DNA of 53,744 bases from positions 1 through 53,744 of IMG/VR virus record IMGVR_UViG_3300009507_000024. One strand, 5' to 3'. This DNA is from a virus (Duplodnaviria; Caudoviricetes). Both the position numbers and the translations under genes were made by a program. The notes below the pieces were generated by a model. It was not told where the DNA came from, did not search any database, and saw nothing but the letters and a program-made list of their open reading frames with translations. Below, piece after piece: positions 39,301-49,400 of the stretch. Positions within the stretch are counted from its first letter, which is position 1; the number at the start of each line of letters is the position of its first letter.

Positions 39301-41781
39301 GCCGCCGCCTTCAGATAAGTATCCAATTTGTGCATAGTATGTAAAGACAGACACAAGTTCTGCTCTTGCTCCGTTAGTTACCCATGCACCGATTCCGTCA
39401 CTGATAACTTGTGTAAAGTCGTTTGATACAAATGATTTATTTCCGCCATTATGTAGAGCACCGTCAATTTTTTGTCCGATTGCTCTATTTCCCAAAGTAG
39501 TAACACCCTGAATATAAGGTGATCTATTTACAATCCATGTACTAGTATCAGCAGGTCCCCAACCTGGATCTAAAGCACAATATGCGCCGCCGGTTGGTCT
39601 TTGGAATAATTCAAATACACCTGGAGGATTTAAGCGACCGTTCATTCCATCAACTGTACATTGTCTTAAACCGCAAGTATCTCTGAGTAAGAACATATCT
39701 TGATCTAATTTACTTCCTACACGCTTACTATAATAAACATTAGCAATTCTTAAACTTCTTGCATTTCCTGGATATTTAATATCATAAACTAATGCACGTA
39801 ACCACTTTTTCATTTGGCGTCTAACTTTACTTTCGTTGCTGCTTATATTAATACTCAGTTGATATAAAGTTAAATCTTCTGCAAGGAAGTTAATATTAGC
39901 TTCTATAATTTTATAAGCATTAATTAATGAAGTTGTGGTTGTAGCATCGTTAGACCCTGTTATAATTGCATCGTCATCCGCTAAATCTAATCTAAAATTG
40001 ATATAGTCTTTGACATCGTCAATCGGTTTAACACAAGTTACTACTGCTTCTACACTAGATTCTGGCAACGACACATCTTGTATAAATGTATTTGCCGGAT
40101 AACTTTCTATTGGATTATTTTCGATTAGATTAGGAATTACAGCACGTAATCTACTTAAAGATTCTGAAGTAAATGCCCAATCGTTTGCATAATCCGGATC
40201 TGGGTCACTTGCTGTAATGGTAGTAGATCTTAGTTCGTCTCCCATTATAACACACCCTGCCGGAACAGTTATAGGAAGATGTTCTTCATAACGACCTGTA
40301 CTAATTTTAACTTTTAACGGAGTAAGTGGATCATAATTATAAAATGCATATTCTGTAGCAGCTTCTATTGTTCTAAACGGCTTTTCGGGATCTAATCCGT
40401 AGCCGTCTTCATCAACACCGTGCTGTGCAACATATATAACATCACTATCTTGTACAAAATTTCTATAATATAAATCGTATTCAGCACTTACTGAAAGTAG
40501 TTGTCCTTCTTCTCCGATAGGAATACTAGTTAATCCTAATGACGATCCGTCTCCGATATTAGTTCTATTTAGACCGTAAGTTAATAGATCGCCTCGTGTT
40601 TCCATACCAGCTGGAATACCTGCTTGAATAAAGACTTCCCAAAAATCATATCCACTTCCGTTATCACCTGGAAAGTTGTTAAATGCACTCGTGTGCTGCT
40701 CAACACATCTCCATGCAGTACCTGCATGATACACTATGTCATTTGGATAAAATTGTATATTAATATCCCATGTATTTTCCCATTTTACACCCGGCTTTAG
40801 TAATTCCCATTTTGAAAGATCTAAGAAATCTGTAGTACTGCCGTCGCCTTCATCAACTTCACCAACAGCAACATATAGATCACCGCCACGTTGAATAATA
40901 TCTCCTGGACGATAGTTTTGAGCTACGTCATAATTTCCTAAAAAGTTATATGCTTCTGTAAATAATTTCCAGTCACCGGTTCGTTCATCTGGTTCAGTAG
41001 CAATATTATTTGTTACAGAATAATAAACATTACCTCTGAATAGTGCAGTATCACCTACATTATAGTATGTTTCTTCATTCCAAAGACCTTCAAATTGAAA
41101 ACCTGGTATAAACAATTCAAATTTTGCAGCGTCATCGCCTGAAGGTTCGTCGCTAGACGTATGTGTTTCTTTAACTTTAAATACAGTTCCGCCGTATCTT
41201 ACTAGGTCATTTTTTCTATATATTGTTGATTGTTGCCATGCACCGCGGTACTCAACGCCTTCATGAAAGATATTCCACTTATTGCTGTCGTCTTCTAGTA
41301 TTGTTGAAGATGTATGAGGTGTTACACAAATATAAACAATACCATTATATTTTACAAGTGCGCCGGCGCCGTATCCTGTATTCTGTGCCCATGCTTTTTT
41401 ATATTCAATATGAGGACCAAAAGATGTCCAGTTAGCAATATCATCTCCAAATGTAGTACTTGAATGATCTGTTGCACATGTATAAAGACTACCATCATAA
41501 AATATAATATCGCCTAGATCATAAGCAACACCAGTTTCCCATGTTCCTCTAAATGAACGAGAACTTGTCATAACTCTCCATCTAGGCTGTGGTTGCGGGG
41601 GATTTGATTCTGGTAATATTGCATTTAGATCTGTTCTAAATATTGCATCTGCTGTGTGTCCAATTAAACATACATATGTCTTACCTTTAACTCGTACAAC
41701 ATCGTCTCGATTATAGACTCTAGCAGTAGTCCATTCACCGCGCCATGTATATTTAAAACGATCTAACTTAAATTCTGCCAT
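36304..41781 (-). CDS. Very large fibre/baseplate protein, 1825 aa
   Basis: Same architecture as 28958..36259 (MAEFKL.R...W.G.W, GDELRST, RSPYIQ, VSNDFTQVISDGIGAW, TGHDFLDIGTG, TDQDGNFR, VVPTQRAI). Confidence 0.8.
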   Translation of the reverse strand: MAEFKLDRFKYTWRGEWTTARVYNRDDVVRVKGKTYVCLIGHTADAIFRTDLNAILPESNPPQPQPRWRVMTSSRSFRGTWETGVAYDLGDIIFYDGSLYTCATDHSSTTFGDDIANWTSFGPHIEYKKAWAQNTGYGAGALVKYNGIVYICVTPHTSSTILEDDSNKWNIFHEGVEYRGAWQQSTIYRKNDLVRYGGTVFKVKETHTSSDEPSGDDAAKFELFIPGFQFEGLWNEETYYNVGDTALFRGNVYYSVTNNIATEPDERTGDWKLFTEAYNFLGNYDVAQNYRPGDIIQRGGDLYVAVGEVDEGDGSTTDFLDLSKWELLKPGVKWENTWDINIQFYPNDIVYHAGTAWRCVEQHTSAFNNFPGDNGSGYDFWEVFIQAGIPAGMETRGDLLTYGLNRTNIGDGSSLGLTSIPIGEEGQLLSVSAEYDLYYRNFVQDSDVIYVAQHGVDEDGYGLDPEKPFRTIEAATEYAFYNYDPLTPLKVKISTGRYEEHLPITVPAGCVIMGDELRSTTITASDPDPDYANDWAFTSESLSRLRAVIPNLIENNPIESYPANTFIQDVSLPESSVEAVVTCVKPIDDVKDYINFRLDLADDDAIITGSNDATTTTSLINAYKIIEANINFLAEDLTLYQLSINISSNESKVRRQMKKWLRALVYDIKYPGNARSLRIANVYYSKRVGSKLDQDMFLLRDTCGLRQCTVDGMNGRLNPPGVFELFQRPTGGAYCALDPGWGPADTSTWIVNRSPYIQGVTTLGNRAIGQKIDGALHNGGNKSFVSNDFTQVISDGIGAWVTNGARAELVSVFTYYAQIGYLSEGGGVIRATNGNCSYGSFGAISTGIDPDEIPRTAIVDNTQNEALVRSAFAGEFQDEIFLFEYTHCGQEYTQASGGVIGSGANARIAYEEFFDGSIFQSRLLNEGSGNSGGSGYAQVGNNAQSGNTTIIRIANSDTAGSEAVYKDMRIIITSGDGTGQYGIINSFNPISKEITVVKESDGSPGWDHIVPGTDIVASLSTNTVYRIEPRITVSDPGFTPVVYDLPNARPWKDVTHGDTSATYEDVEGTEGTGAVDESVTRTAATFDVERVGSEYNVTVVTGGAGYKVNDRITILGTELGGAAPANNLTIVVTATTDDSTNAVTGFVTEGVGLSGKFVGIAEPNFIGYSTDGQNWEETFLVSVADWFKVVNGNGIFVVIANQHDEVAISSDGEEWTIVSLPANESWSDITFGNGYFVMIAENSNTVLRSIDGVTWASSSVPDDTVGDSAASQWQAVTYGAGKFVAISSGDRAVATSNANGSSWTRIDNALPDLDYDFISLTFGKNRFIGFDKDGLTVQSLDNGATWAEGREMPSQDGSTSMVWNSVKYENGLWFGVCNTGGKDMGDDPTPPTGFTTYCATSSDGWYWEDREFEFEQDYVALTHATVNNRPRWYVLADLRQTGGVTVVTTGARAKLRAVVTGSQISEMKIWDPGSGYVAGINDPILEIIDNTFTSAVLYKLRLGNGVIGQPTFLNRGIGYRTSSTRVEITGDGFADIIPEGSFVTLKGVSVLPGPGAQFRFASIGDPETEDPDDKLIFTVSTIDDLGDDGTNGGTRLVKFRITPSLEIEYGLETGTTVEIRENYSQCRITGHDFLDIGTGNFEDTNYPQIYASGNFFTASPENEVRELNGGRVFYASTDQDGNFRAGELFSVEQATGIVTISAEFFELDGLSELALGGVRLGGSGTVVREFSTDINFTEDSNNVVPTQRAIATFFNNRLSQGGSEIATNNLQAGVVLVGTETNRIDIAGDGVLELPRRMNFEGNEPETMGISGSMLAYDFFFRNAE

Positions 41782-41796
41782 TATTTGCTCCTAGAC

Positions 41797-42231
41797 TTAA
41801 TAGTCACTTCCACCTTCATTTTGTTTTATAACTTGATTTTCTACCACTTCACCGTATCCTGGAGAACTAATACCTTCCGGAAAATCATAACCTTCTGACA
41901 CTCTTAATGTAAATTCACCTGATTCAGGATCAATAAAGTATGTAATACTTCTACCTTCCCATTTAATTTGAGGATATCTTAAATTGCCATAAACAATATT
42001 ATGATCTTCATCAATACCGTCTAAGAAATCAATACCTTCTTCAAAATCTGGAAAGTTATCTTCAGCTTCACCGATGTCGTTAATAACAACTGGATTATCT
42101 TGCCCTGCTGCTAATTGATCAGATCTAATAAGGTACAACTCGCCGTCAATATTTCTACGCAAGCCGACAAAATATCTTTTAATAATACCTGCTAAAACGT
42201 CTTGTGGTGTATTACCTACATAATGTGTCAT
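41797..42231 (-). CDS. Hypothetical virion protein, 144 aa
   Basis: ORF with AAGGA SD in the late structural operon. Confidence 0.7.
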   Translation of the reverse strand: MTHYVGNTPQDVLAGIIKRYFVGLRRNIDGELYLIRSDQLAAGQDNPVVINDIGEAEDNFPDFEEGIDFLDGIDEDHNIVYGNLRYPQIKWEGRSITYFIDPESGEFTLRVSEGYDFPEGISSPGYGEVVENQVIKQNEGGSDY

Positions 42232-42241
42232 TGTTTGTTCC

Positions 42242-42571
42242 TTATGTTATCTCAACGTAACTTATAATTACATCGACAGAATCAGTCAAATTTGAACTTA
42301 CAAGCAATTTATTTTCAGGCGCAATAATTAATTTTTCACCTTGCTGTACTGCTCGCAAACTTGTATTAGCAGGAAGTAGTGTATCTTTTAAATAAAATCC
42401 TGTAACACTTGTATTGTCTTCTATTAGTATATTTACATAAACAAAGTCTGTAGTGAGATTAGTAAGGCTAAGGCCAATTACTGTAAATCTATTTGTAGTG
42501 TCAGTTGATACAATTTCAACCGGAGTTCTTCCTACATTCTTAATAACTTTGTTTCTAAAAAACGTTGCCAT
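42242..42571 (-). CDS. Small beta-rich virion protein (paralog family, copy 3)
   Basis: VIGLSLTN, LPANTSL, GEKLII, C-terminal SYVEIT (compare SYLEIT of 51265..51636). Confidence 0.75.
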   Translation of the reverse strand: MATFFRNKVIKNVGRTPVEIVSTDTTNRFTVIGLSLTNLTTDFVYVNILIEDNTSVTGFYLKDTLLPANTSLRAVQQGEKLIIAPENKLLVSSNLTDSVDVIISYVEIT

Positions 42572-42581
42572 TTATCTTTCC

Positions 42582-45500
42582 TTAACCTATAATTAACGCT
42601 GTAACAATTGCAATTTCTTCTGCATCAACTCTTGTAATTGAACCAGTTGCACCTGCAACTGAACCCCATTGTGCTCCGTCATATGCTTCAACGCGACCGT
42701 CTGCTGTGTTAAATCTTAACATTCCGACTTCTGTAAATGCCGGGTCTGGTCTGTTTAAACTTGTTCCTACAGGAAGTACAAATCCGTTTGATCCAGCAAT
42801 TTTTACATAACCGTTATTAGTATTTACAAAAGTTGTAACACTGTCTGCTACAGTATTTGTAATAGTATTTTCTCTAAATCCAAAGTTTTCAAGTAATACA
42901 CTACCTGTACCTTGTGCTTCAAATATTAAATCAGTATCAGTGTTTATAGTTTGAATGACATTAGTGTCAATTTCAATATCATCAACAGTAACTCTTATTA
43001 CATCAAATTTTGTATCATCTAATGTTGCAACAGTTGTTCCGGCAACGTCAAATCTAATAACATCGTCATTTGCGCCTTGTGTTAATTCAGCTGTTATTTT
43101 AGTATCACCGTCCAAGTCTTGGACACCGTGTAACTGAATCCAGTCACTTCCGTCATAACCTTCAAATCTTGTTAAAGTTGAATTATATCTTACAATACCT
43201 GCTTCTTCAGTAGGGCGTTCTAATGTAGTACCTACCGGTAATCTAATAGCACCTGTACTATCAACTTTAAAAAACTCACTGCCCGGTGCAACAACCATAT
43301 CTGTATCAGTTGATGATATTGTGAAATTGTCAATATTAAGATTGTCAATTACAATATACCCTGCACCATTTGCTCTTAATTCTAAGTTTGCATTCGAAGT
43401 AGTTGTTTGTATGTAGTTATCAGTTATTAATATATCATCGATATATGCACTTTCAACCCATAAATTATTCCATAGTCTATTAGATAGACCTAAATTAAAT
43501 TCACTGTTTATTGATGGTTTTATATCTGATGCAATTCCTGCAACAAACTCAATACTATCTGTAATTTCATCACCGATTGTAATGTTTCCGCCGATAGTTA
43601 CATTACCTGTAACATCCAAGTTACCGTCAATATTAACATTATTATTAAGATTAATTTGGTCGCTAGCTGCGGTAAAATTAACATCGCCTGATAAACTTTC
43701 AATAGTGTTTCCGCTAATGCGTAAATTGCCTGTATCAATTCTATCTGATTCAACTACAGTTGTATTAACACCATCTGTAAATGTTAATCCTGTGTCAGTA
43801 TCAACATTAAAATTTGCTGCTGTAAATGTAACTTGTCCAGTTTCTTGATTTATATAAAATAAATCGCCAACTCTGAAGTCACCTCTGTGATCAACTGAGT
43901 TATATCTAACTCTGGCATTGTTTAATTCTACAACTTCGTTTTCTTGTATAACTGTTGTTGCATCATTAGTAACTTCTTTACCATTACCGATATATGCTAG
44001 GTTCTGTCCAATAGCATAAACAATAACACCTGGGCCATTGCCCCAAATACCATAGTTACCATATACACTAGCACTACCAATCATACGCACTTCTGCGCCA
44101 AAGTCTGTGTAGTCTGCTAGATCAATTTTAGTAGCAGTTGCTCCGCCGCTGAATCTAATATCTTGTTCATATACTACTTCGTCTTCAATAACGTTTGAAC
44201 TATCATCACCGTTCATTCTTAGTAGTAGGACAGTTTCAGGTGTAGCATAAAGTTGTGTAATAGGAACACTAAAGTTTGTTGTGTATTGTGCAGTACCTTT
44301 GATAACTCTTACATCATCAATGTTACCTTCTAGTACATTGTTACCTGCATAATCACCGCCTATTGTAAGTGGTTTTGCAAGTCCGTAGTTAGTTGAGTCT
44401 GCCCAAGTACCTACACTAGTACCGTTTAAGTATAGTGTTGTAGTTGCACCGTCTCTTGCTAGTGCAACGTGTGCCCAAGTTTCTGCTGTAATTGCAGTGC
44501 CCGATGTAATAACTGTTGAGCCATTTACATATAGTTCAGGCTGATTACTTGCATTAATTTGAAGTAGTGCTGCTGTGTCAGGTTCTGTTGCAGCTCTAAA
44601 ATCAAATATTGTTCCTACACCTGTTGAGTCAGGTCCAATATAAACCCATGCTTCTACAGTAAAGTCACCTGTACTAAATCCAAAATCATTTTGCGGTGCA
44701 ACTCTTGCATAATCACCAGTAGCATATAATGCTAAACTAGATGTACCAAACTTTTTACGTCCGTTATCTAAACTTGCATTACCAAATGCAGTTACCACTT
44801 TACCTGTTCTAGATTCAGCAGTTTCAAAACCTATTTGTTTTCCAGTTACATATATTTTTCCTGTAGCATCAATATTATCAATAGTACCGCTAGCTATTAA
44901 AGTAACTCCGTCGGTATCGTAGTAACTTATAATTTCACCGGCAACAAAAGTACCTGTGATGTCACTTACTCTAAGTGCAGTAGTACCTTGACCAGATTTA
45001 CCTGCGGTGCCGTCTATGCAATATACACCTCTATTTGCAAAATATGTGAAGCAATTTAACCATTCAATTCTAACACCGTTAGTGAATGTAACTGAATCAA
45101 CGCCTGGAGTAATAAATGTAACAGCATGAAACAAGCAAGCTGCTTCTCTTGAACTAGGATCAACTACACTACCGTCTAGATATGCACCTTTGCCTGCATC
45201 TCCTGCATTAAACCCTCTTGGGTCACTTGCATCTAACGGATCTGCTGTACTACCTTTAGTTAATACAGTTACATTTCTAATATAAGGTGACCTACTAGTA
45301 ACAGTCATTCCAGGTGCAAATTTAAATGCATAACCAGTATCGTCGTCGCTATTATAATAAAAGTTTCCTACTGACAATTCTTCAATAGTACATTGTCCGT
45401 TTAGTAAAAATGCATCTTTATCTTGTGTTGCAACTGATGGTTGTATAAACACACTTCTAATTGCATGACCTTTTATAGTAACGCCTTCTGGAACAGTCAT

Positions 45501-46325
45501 TGGAAATGCTTCTGTATAAACACCTGGATATACATGAATAGTGTCGCCGTCACTTGCTTGAGATAATGCATATTTTAAACTAGCATACGGATCTTGTGGA
45601 TGTGTTCCTGAATGAGCATCGTCGCCATTTTCTGCAATATAAAAAATATTACCCTGACGTAGATTTAAATCAATCTGATCTACTATAATTGCACTTGTAT
45701 CAATTGCATTTGCAAAAAGTGTATCTGTATAGATATCTGCCCAAGCTTTGCCGCCTGTATCAGGATCACTACCTAATGTATAAGCATTATTTGTATCAGG
45801 AATAATGTTACTTGCTAGTTCGGACTGAAATTCAATAAAATCAGTGTCTTCGTCACCAATTGTAATTGTTCCGTCAGCAGTAATATTACCAGTTACATAT
45901 ACATCACCAGTTACATTCATATCAGAGTGTATTTCTACTCTGCCTGTTCCATTTGGAGAAAGTTCGATATTAGCATTAGAATCATTACTACTAATTCTAT
46001 TACCTTCGATGTCAATTGAATCAATTCTTAATTTGTTTTGATAAACAACATTATCCATTGTTCCTAGTGCTAAAATACTAGATTCACTTCTAATAGTATT
46101 TCCACTAATTACAACATCGCCTATTTGAGCAATATTAGTTACTTCTAAATTAGGCGCTCTAGTTGTTCCGTTAATGTCTAAGTCGTACTGAGGATTTACA
46201 GTATTAATACCGATACGCTGGTTATTAACATCTAAGTACAGAAGATCCGTCTCAAAAGCTAGATCTACTCCTTCACGAAGTAGGTTTTGCTTTAAGAGCG
46301 GACCTGATATGCGACCAACAGCCAT
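42582..46325 (-). CDS. Large fibre/baseplate protein with LamG (ConA-like lectin) domain, 1247 aa
   Basis: KFGTSSL, GDFTVEAWVY, WAHVALAR.G....LYLNG, GNIDDVRV.KG.A.YT.NF; RSPYIRN region; two LPVGT...RP..G..R.N modules. Confidence 0.8.
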   Translation of the reverse strand: MAVGRISGPLLKQNLLREGVDLAFETDLLYLDVNNQRIGINTVNPQYDLDINGTTRAPNLEVTNIAQIGDVVISGNTIRSESSILALGTMDNVVYQNKLRIDSIDIEGNRISSNDSNANIELSPNGTGRVEIHSDMNVTGDVYVTGNITADGTITIGDEDTDFIEFQSELASNIIPDTNNAYTLGSDPDTGGKAWADIYTDTLFANAIDTSAIIVDQIDLNLRQGNIFYIAENGDDAHSGTHPQDPYASLKYALSQASDGDTIHVYPGVYTEAFPMTVPEGVTIKGHAIRSVFIQPSVATQDKDAFLLNGQCTIEELSVGNFYYNSDDDTGYAFKFAPGMTVTSRSPYIRNVTVLTKGSTADPLDASDPRGFNAGDAGKGAYLDGSVVDPSSREAACLFHAVTFITPGVDSVTFTNGVRIEWLNCFTYFANRGVYCIDGTAGKSGQGTTALRVSDITGTFVAGEIISYYDTDGVTLIASGTIDNIDATGKIYVTGKQIGFETAESRTGKVVTAFGNASLDNGRKKFGTSSLALYATGDYARVAPQNDFGFSTGDFTVEAWVYIGPDSTGVGTIFDFRAATEPDTAALLQINASNQPELYVNGSTVITSGTAITAETWAHVALARDGATTTLYLNGTSVGTWADSTNYGLAKPLTIGGDYAGNNVLEGNIDDVRVIKGTAQYTTNFSVPITQLYATPETVLLLRMNGDDSSNVIEDEVVYEQDIRFSGGATATKIDLADYTDFGAEVRMIGSASVYGNYGIWGNGPGVIVYAIGQNLAYIGNGKEVTNDATTVIQENEVVELNNARVRYNSVDHRGDFRVGDLFYINQETGQVTFTAANFNVDTDTGLTFTDGVNTTVVESDRIDTGNLRISGNTIESLSGDVNFTAASDQINLNNNVNIDGNLDVTGNVTIGGNITIGDEITDSIEFVAGIASDIKPSINSEFNLGLSNRLWNNLWVESAYIDDILITDNYIQTTTSNANLELRANGAGYIVIDNLNIDNFTISSTDTDMVVAPGSEFFKVDSTGAIRLPVGTTLERPTEEAGIVRYNSTLTRFEGYDGSDWIQLHGVQDLDGDTKITAELTQGANDDVIRFDVAGTTVATLDDTKFDVIRVTVDDIEIDTNVIQTINTDTDLIFEAQGTGSVLLENFGFRENTITNTVADSVTTFVNTNNGYVKIAGSNGFVLPVGTSLNRPDPAFTEVGMLRFNTADGRVEAYDGAQWGSVAGATGSITRVDAEEIAIVTALIIG

Positions 46326-46329
46326 CTCT

Positions 46330-46425
46330 TCTCCTCAACACGGGGATCCCGTCCCTCCAGCCACTTTACATTGCGGGCTGTGCCACAGTTTGTCCTGAAC
46401 AACAATCGGTCTCTGCTGCACATTA
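46330..46425 (-). ncRNA. Candidate structured 5' leader RNA of the 1247-aa gene
   Basis: GC-rich ~100-nt non-coding leader between ATAAATA (46430-46436) and a GAGGAG SD; stems GCAGCAG/UUGUUGU, CAGCC/GGCUG, ACGGG/CCCGU. Confidence 0.5.
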
Positions 46426-46448
46426 ATAGTATTTATCAATTTAAATGA

Positions 46449-49400
46449 TTATCCAAGTACAAGACTATATAATCCAACCAATTCTTGCATAAATTCTTCA
46501 GTTACTGGATCTTCTATGATTCCGGTTGCAGGTATCCAAATTGTTCCATTCCATACTTCGCATTGTGCAGTAACAGGATCAAATCTAAACGTACCTAAAG
46601 GAGCAGGCGACTCGGTATCTCTCACAATTGTAAATTGTAAATCTGCTATTGCAAATGAGTTTTCTCCTAGCCTGCCGCCGTTCGGCTGCGCAATTCTAAA
46701 TTTAAGATTATTAAAATCAACTAATGTACTATCTACAAATTCAAAATTAATTTCAAACTCTGTCCATATACCGTAGGATGCAAATTCATTTGCATCAACA
46801 ATAGTTGCTATTGTTGTCATACCTGTATCATTTGTTCCATCATCAGAGTATTGTAGTAGAATGTCTTGTCCAGAATATAATCCAGAACCATTAGTGTCAC
46901 TTCCTAATATAACTTTACCTCTTAATCTTGCTCTCGAAAAATCAGGTTCAAATTGTGTTTCAGTTACAATATATCTATCTTTGTCGGATAAGTTTGTGCT
47001 GTCTTGATCAAAAATATAATAATAATTATTTGTAGTAACATTGTATTGATCAAATTTATTATTAATAGTAATATATCTATAACTTATTTCAATTTCCCAA
47101 TTGTTTGTCATACCAGCGGGTGCTGTAGTAATACTTGTTGGTACATCTATGCTAATGTTTATGCCGTAGCTGCCGCCACTTTGTATTACTTGTGTTTCAA
47201 AACTTGTTTTTGTAGATCCTGTATGAACATATAATCTGTCAGATAGAGGTACAGCATTAAATACTAAAGAATTAGTATATGTACTTGTACTACCTGAGTC
47301 TTCAAATTCACCTATTCGAGATGTATATGTAGTTGCACCTGGTTCAGGAAAAATAATATCAACAAATTGAGCATCTGTATCAAAATCACCTCTAAATCTT
47401 ATACCTGTAATCTCTACTTCATAAATGTTTGTTATATCAGATATATCAAAATCTAAGAAATAGTTTTGGACGCCTGTTGAAGTTGATCCAAACACTTTAG
47501 TTCCTGTTGTTGTGAATTCTCCGTCACCTGTCGGAGACACAATTGCTTGATCTATTCTACTTGCATTATCTGTCAAGAATAAATTAGAGCCGCTTACATC
47601 TGTACCTATACTTAAAGAATTTATATTTTCAGTAATAACATTACCTGTTGTACCTAGAATAGCACCGTATGTGCCATCAATTTTAACATATCCGCGGCCA
47701 GTAGATTCAATCGTTAGTGCAGTTTCTTCTGCAGAATTAGTCCAAGTGTTATCTCTAAAATATTCTTGACTATTAAGAGTAACTTGTCCTGTTCCTTTTC
47801 TTCTTATCCAAAGATCGGCATTTGATTCAGAACTTGTAATAAGATTATTATTAATTAAAACACTATCACTTTGTAGTCCATGTAGTGTAAAACCTTCATT
47901 ATTAATTTCTCCGACTTTTAAGTTATCAATTGTTATATCGATCGAATCGTCAGTTTTGTTTGCAATAATACTTGTTCTTCTATCACTAGAATATACTCCG
48001 CCAAAAGAAATTCGGGCATCGCCCCAACCTTCAAACAGATTATCTTGTGTTGAGAATCGCAAAGAACCCGATGTTTCAACTCTTTCAAGATTTGTACCTC
48101 TGCTAACAATTAATCCTTGTGCGCTATTAACATATAAATTACCGTCAGTCTTAAAAACAATATCACTATCTATAGTACTAATAGTATCATTTTGCCAAAG
48201 CAGCCCTTCTGTTTCAACAAATCCTGTTTGATTACTTTTAAATTCTAGATTAGCACTTGAGACTGTAGTAGTAATGACATTATCAAATATCTTAATATCA
48301 TCAAAGTTAGCTTCATCTGTATAAACATCATTCCAAACTTTAGTGCTAGAGCCTAAGCTATGAACTCTATCTACCTCAGGATAAAAATCTTGTTCTATAT
48401 CGACATTTAGATCTACAGTATCATTTGGATTATTACCAAATGTATTTAATGTACCACCAATTGTTATATTGCCTGTGATATCAACATCTTTTTCCATTAA
48501 TACATTACTATTAAAATTAGTATCTGTAGAAACTGCATCGATATTTAAATCACTTATTAAACTAAAGACACTATTTCCTGCAAATCTAATATTTCCTGTT
48601 TGAACAAAACTATCATTAAGAATAGATTGATCTTCGCCTGTTCCGATTATAATTTGAGACAATCCGTCTAGTGCAACACCTTCAGTAGCAATGCTTGTTT
48701 CACCTGTTTCTAAATCTACAAAAAAATCATTACCAACTTTAAATTTACCTAACTGGTCTGTGTTTTGCACATAAACTCTGCCGCCGTTAATTTCAACCCA
48801 TTGATTATCTTCTATTACTAAAGTAGCATCATTAGTAGTATCGTTTCCAGTGCCAATATATGCAAAATTATGATTAATAAGATACATAACACAATTTGCA
48901 CCATCAGCTTCTGCACCTATGTTACCATAAACACTAGCAGATCCAATACTACGAATTTCAGCACCATAATTAAGTGTAGATCCGTCTGTACTTAAATGAC
49001 CTGTAGATCCTTGTTTTGCATATAACCCTCTATTTGCAAAATATGTAAATGAATTTAACCATTCTACTCTTACACCATTAGTCATTGTAATTGCATCAAC
49101 ACCGGGTGTTAAAAATGTTGCAGCATGGAAAAGCAAACTAGCATTCCTACTATTAGGATCAACAGCGGCGCCGTCAATGAGAGCACCTTTACCAGCATCG
49201 CCCGAAGCATACCCTCTAGGATCATCGTCGGTAATTGTTGTTCCTTTTGTAATTACTGTTACGTTTTGTATATACGGTGATCTTGTAGATATAATTGCAT
49301 TTGGAGCAAAACGAAATGCGTACCCTGTGTCGTTTATACTATCATAATAAAAATCGGCAATAGTAATATTTTCAATAGTTGTTTCACCATTCATTAAGAA

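Noticed and set aside
46330-46425. Known riboswitch (c-di-GMP-I) suggested by GGACAAAC and GGGACG
   Set aside because: The GNRA-capped P2 and GCAAAG layout is not reproduced. Likewise the 53110 leader ends in CUAAAAAGG like SAM-II/V but lacks their core. No family assigned without a covariance search.
46640-47000. Reelin-like domain suggested by ILLQYSDDG in the 1299-aa protein
   Set aside because: A single short motif is not enough for a domain call.
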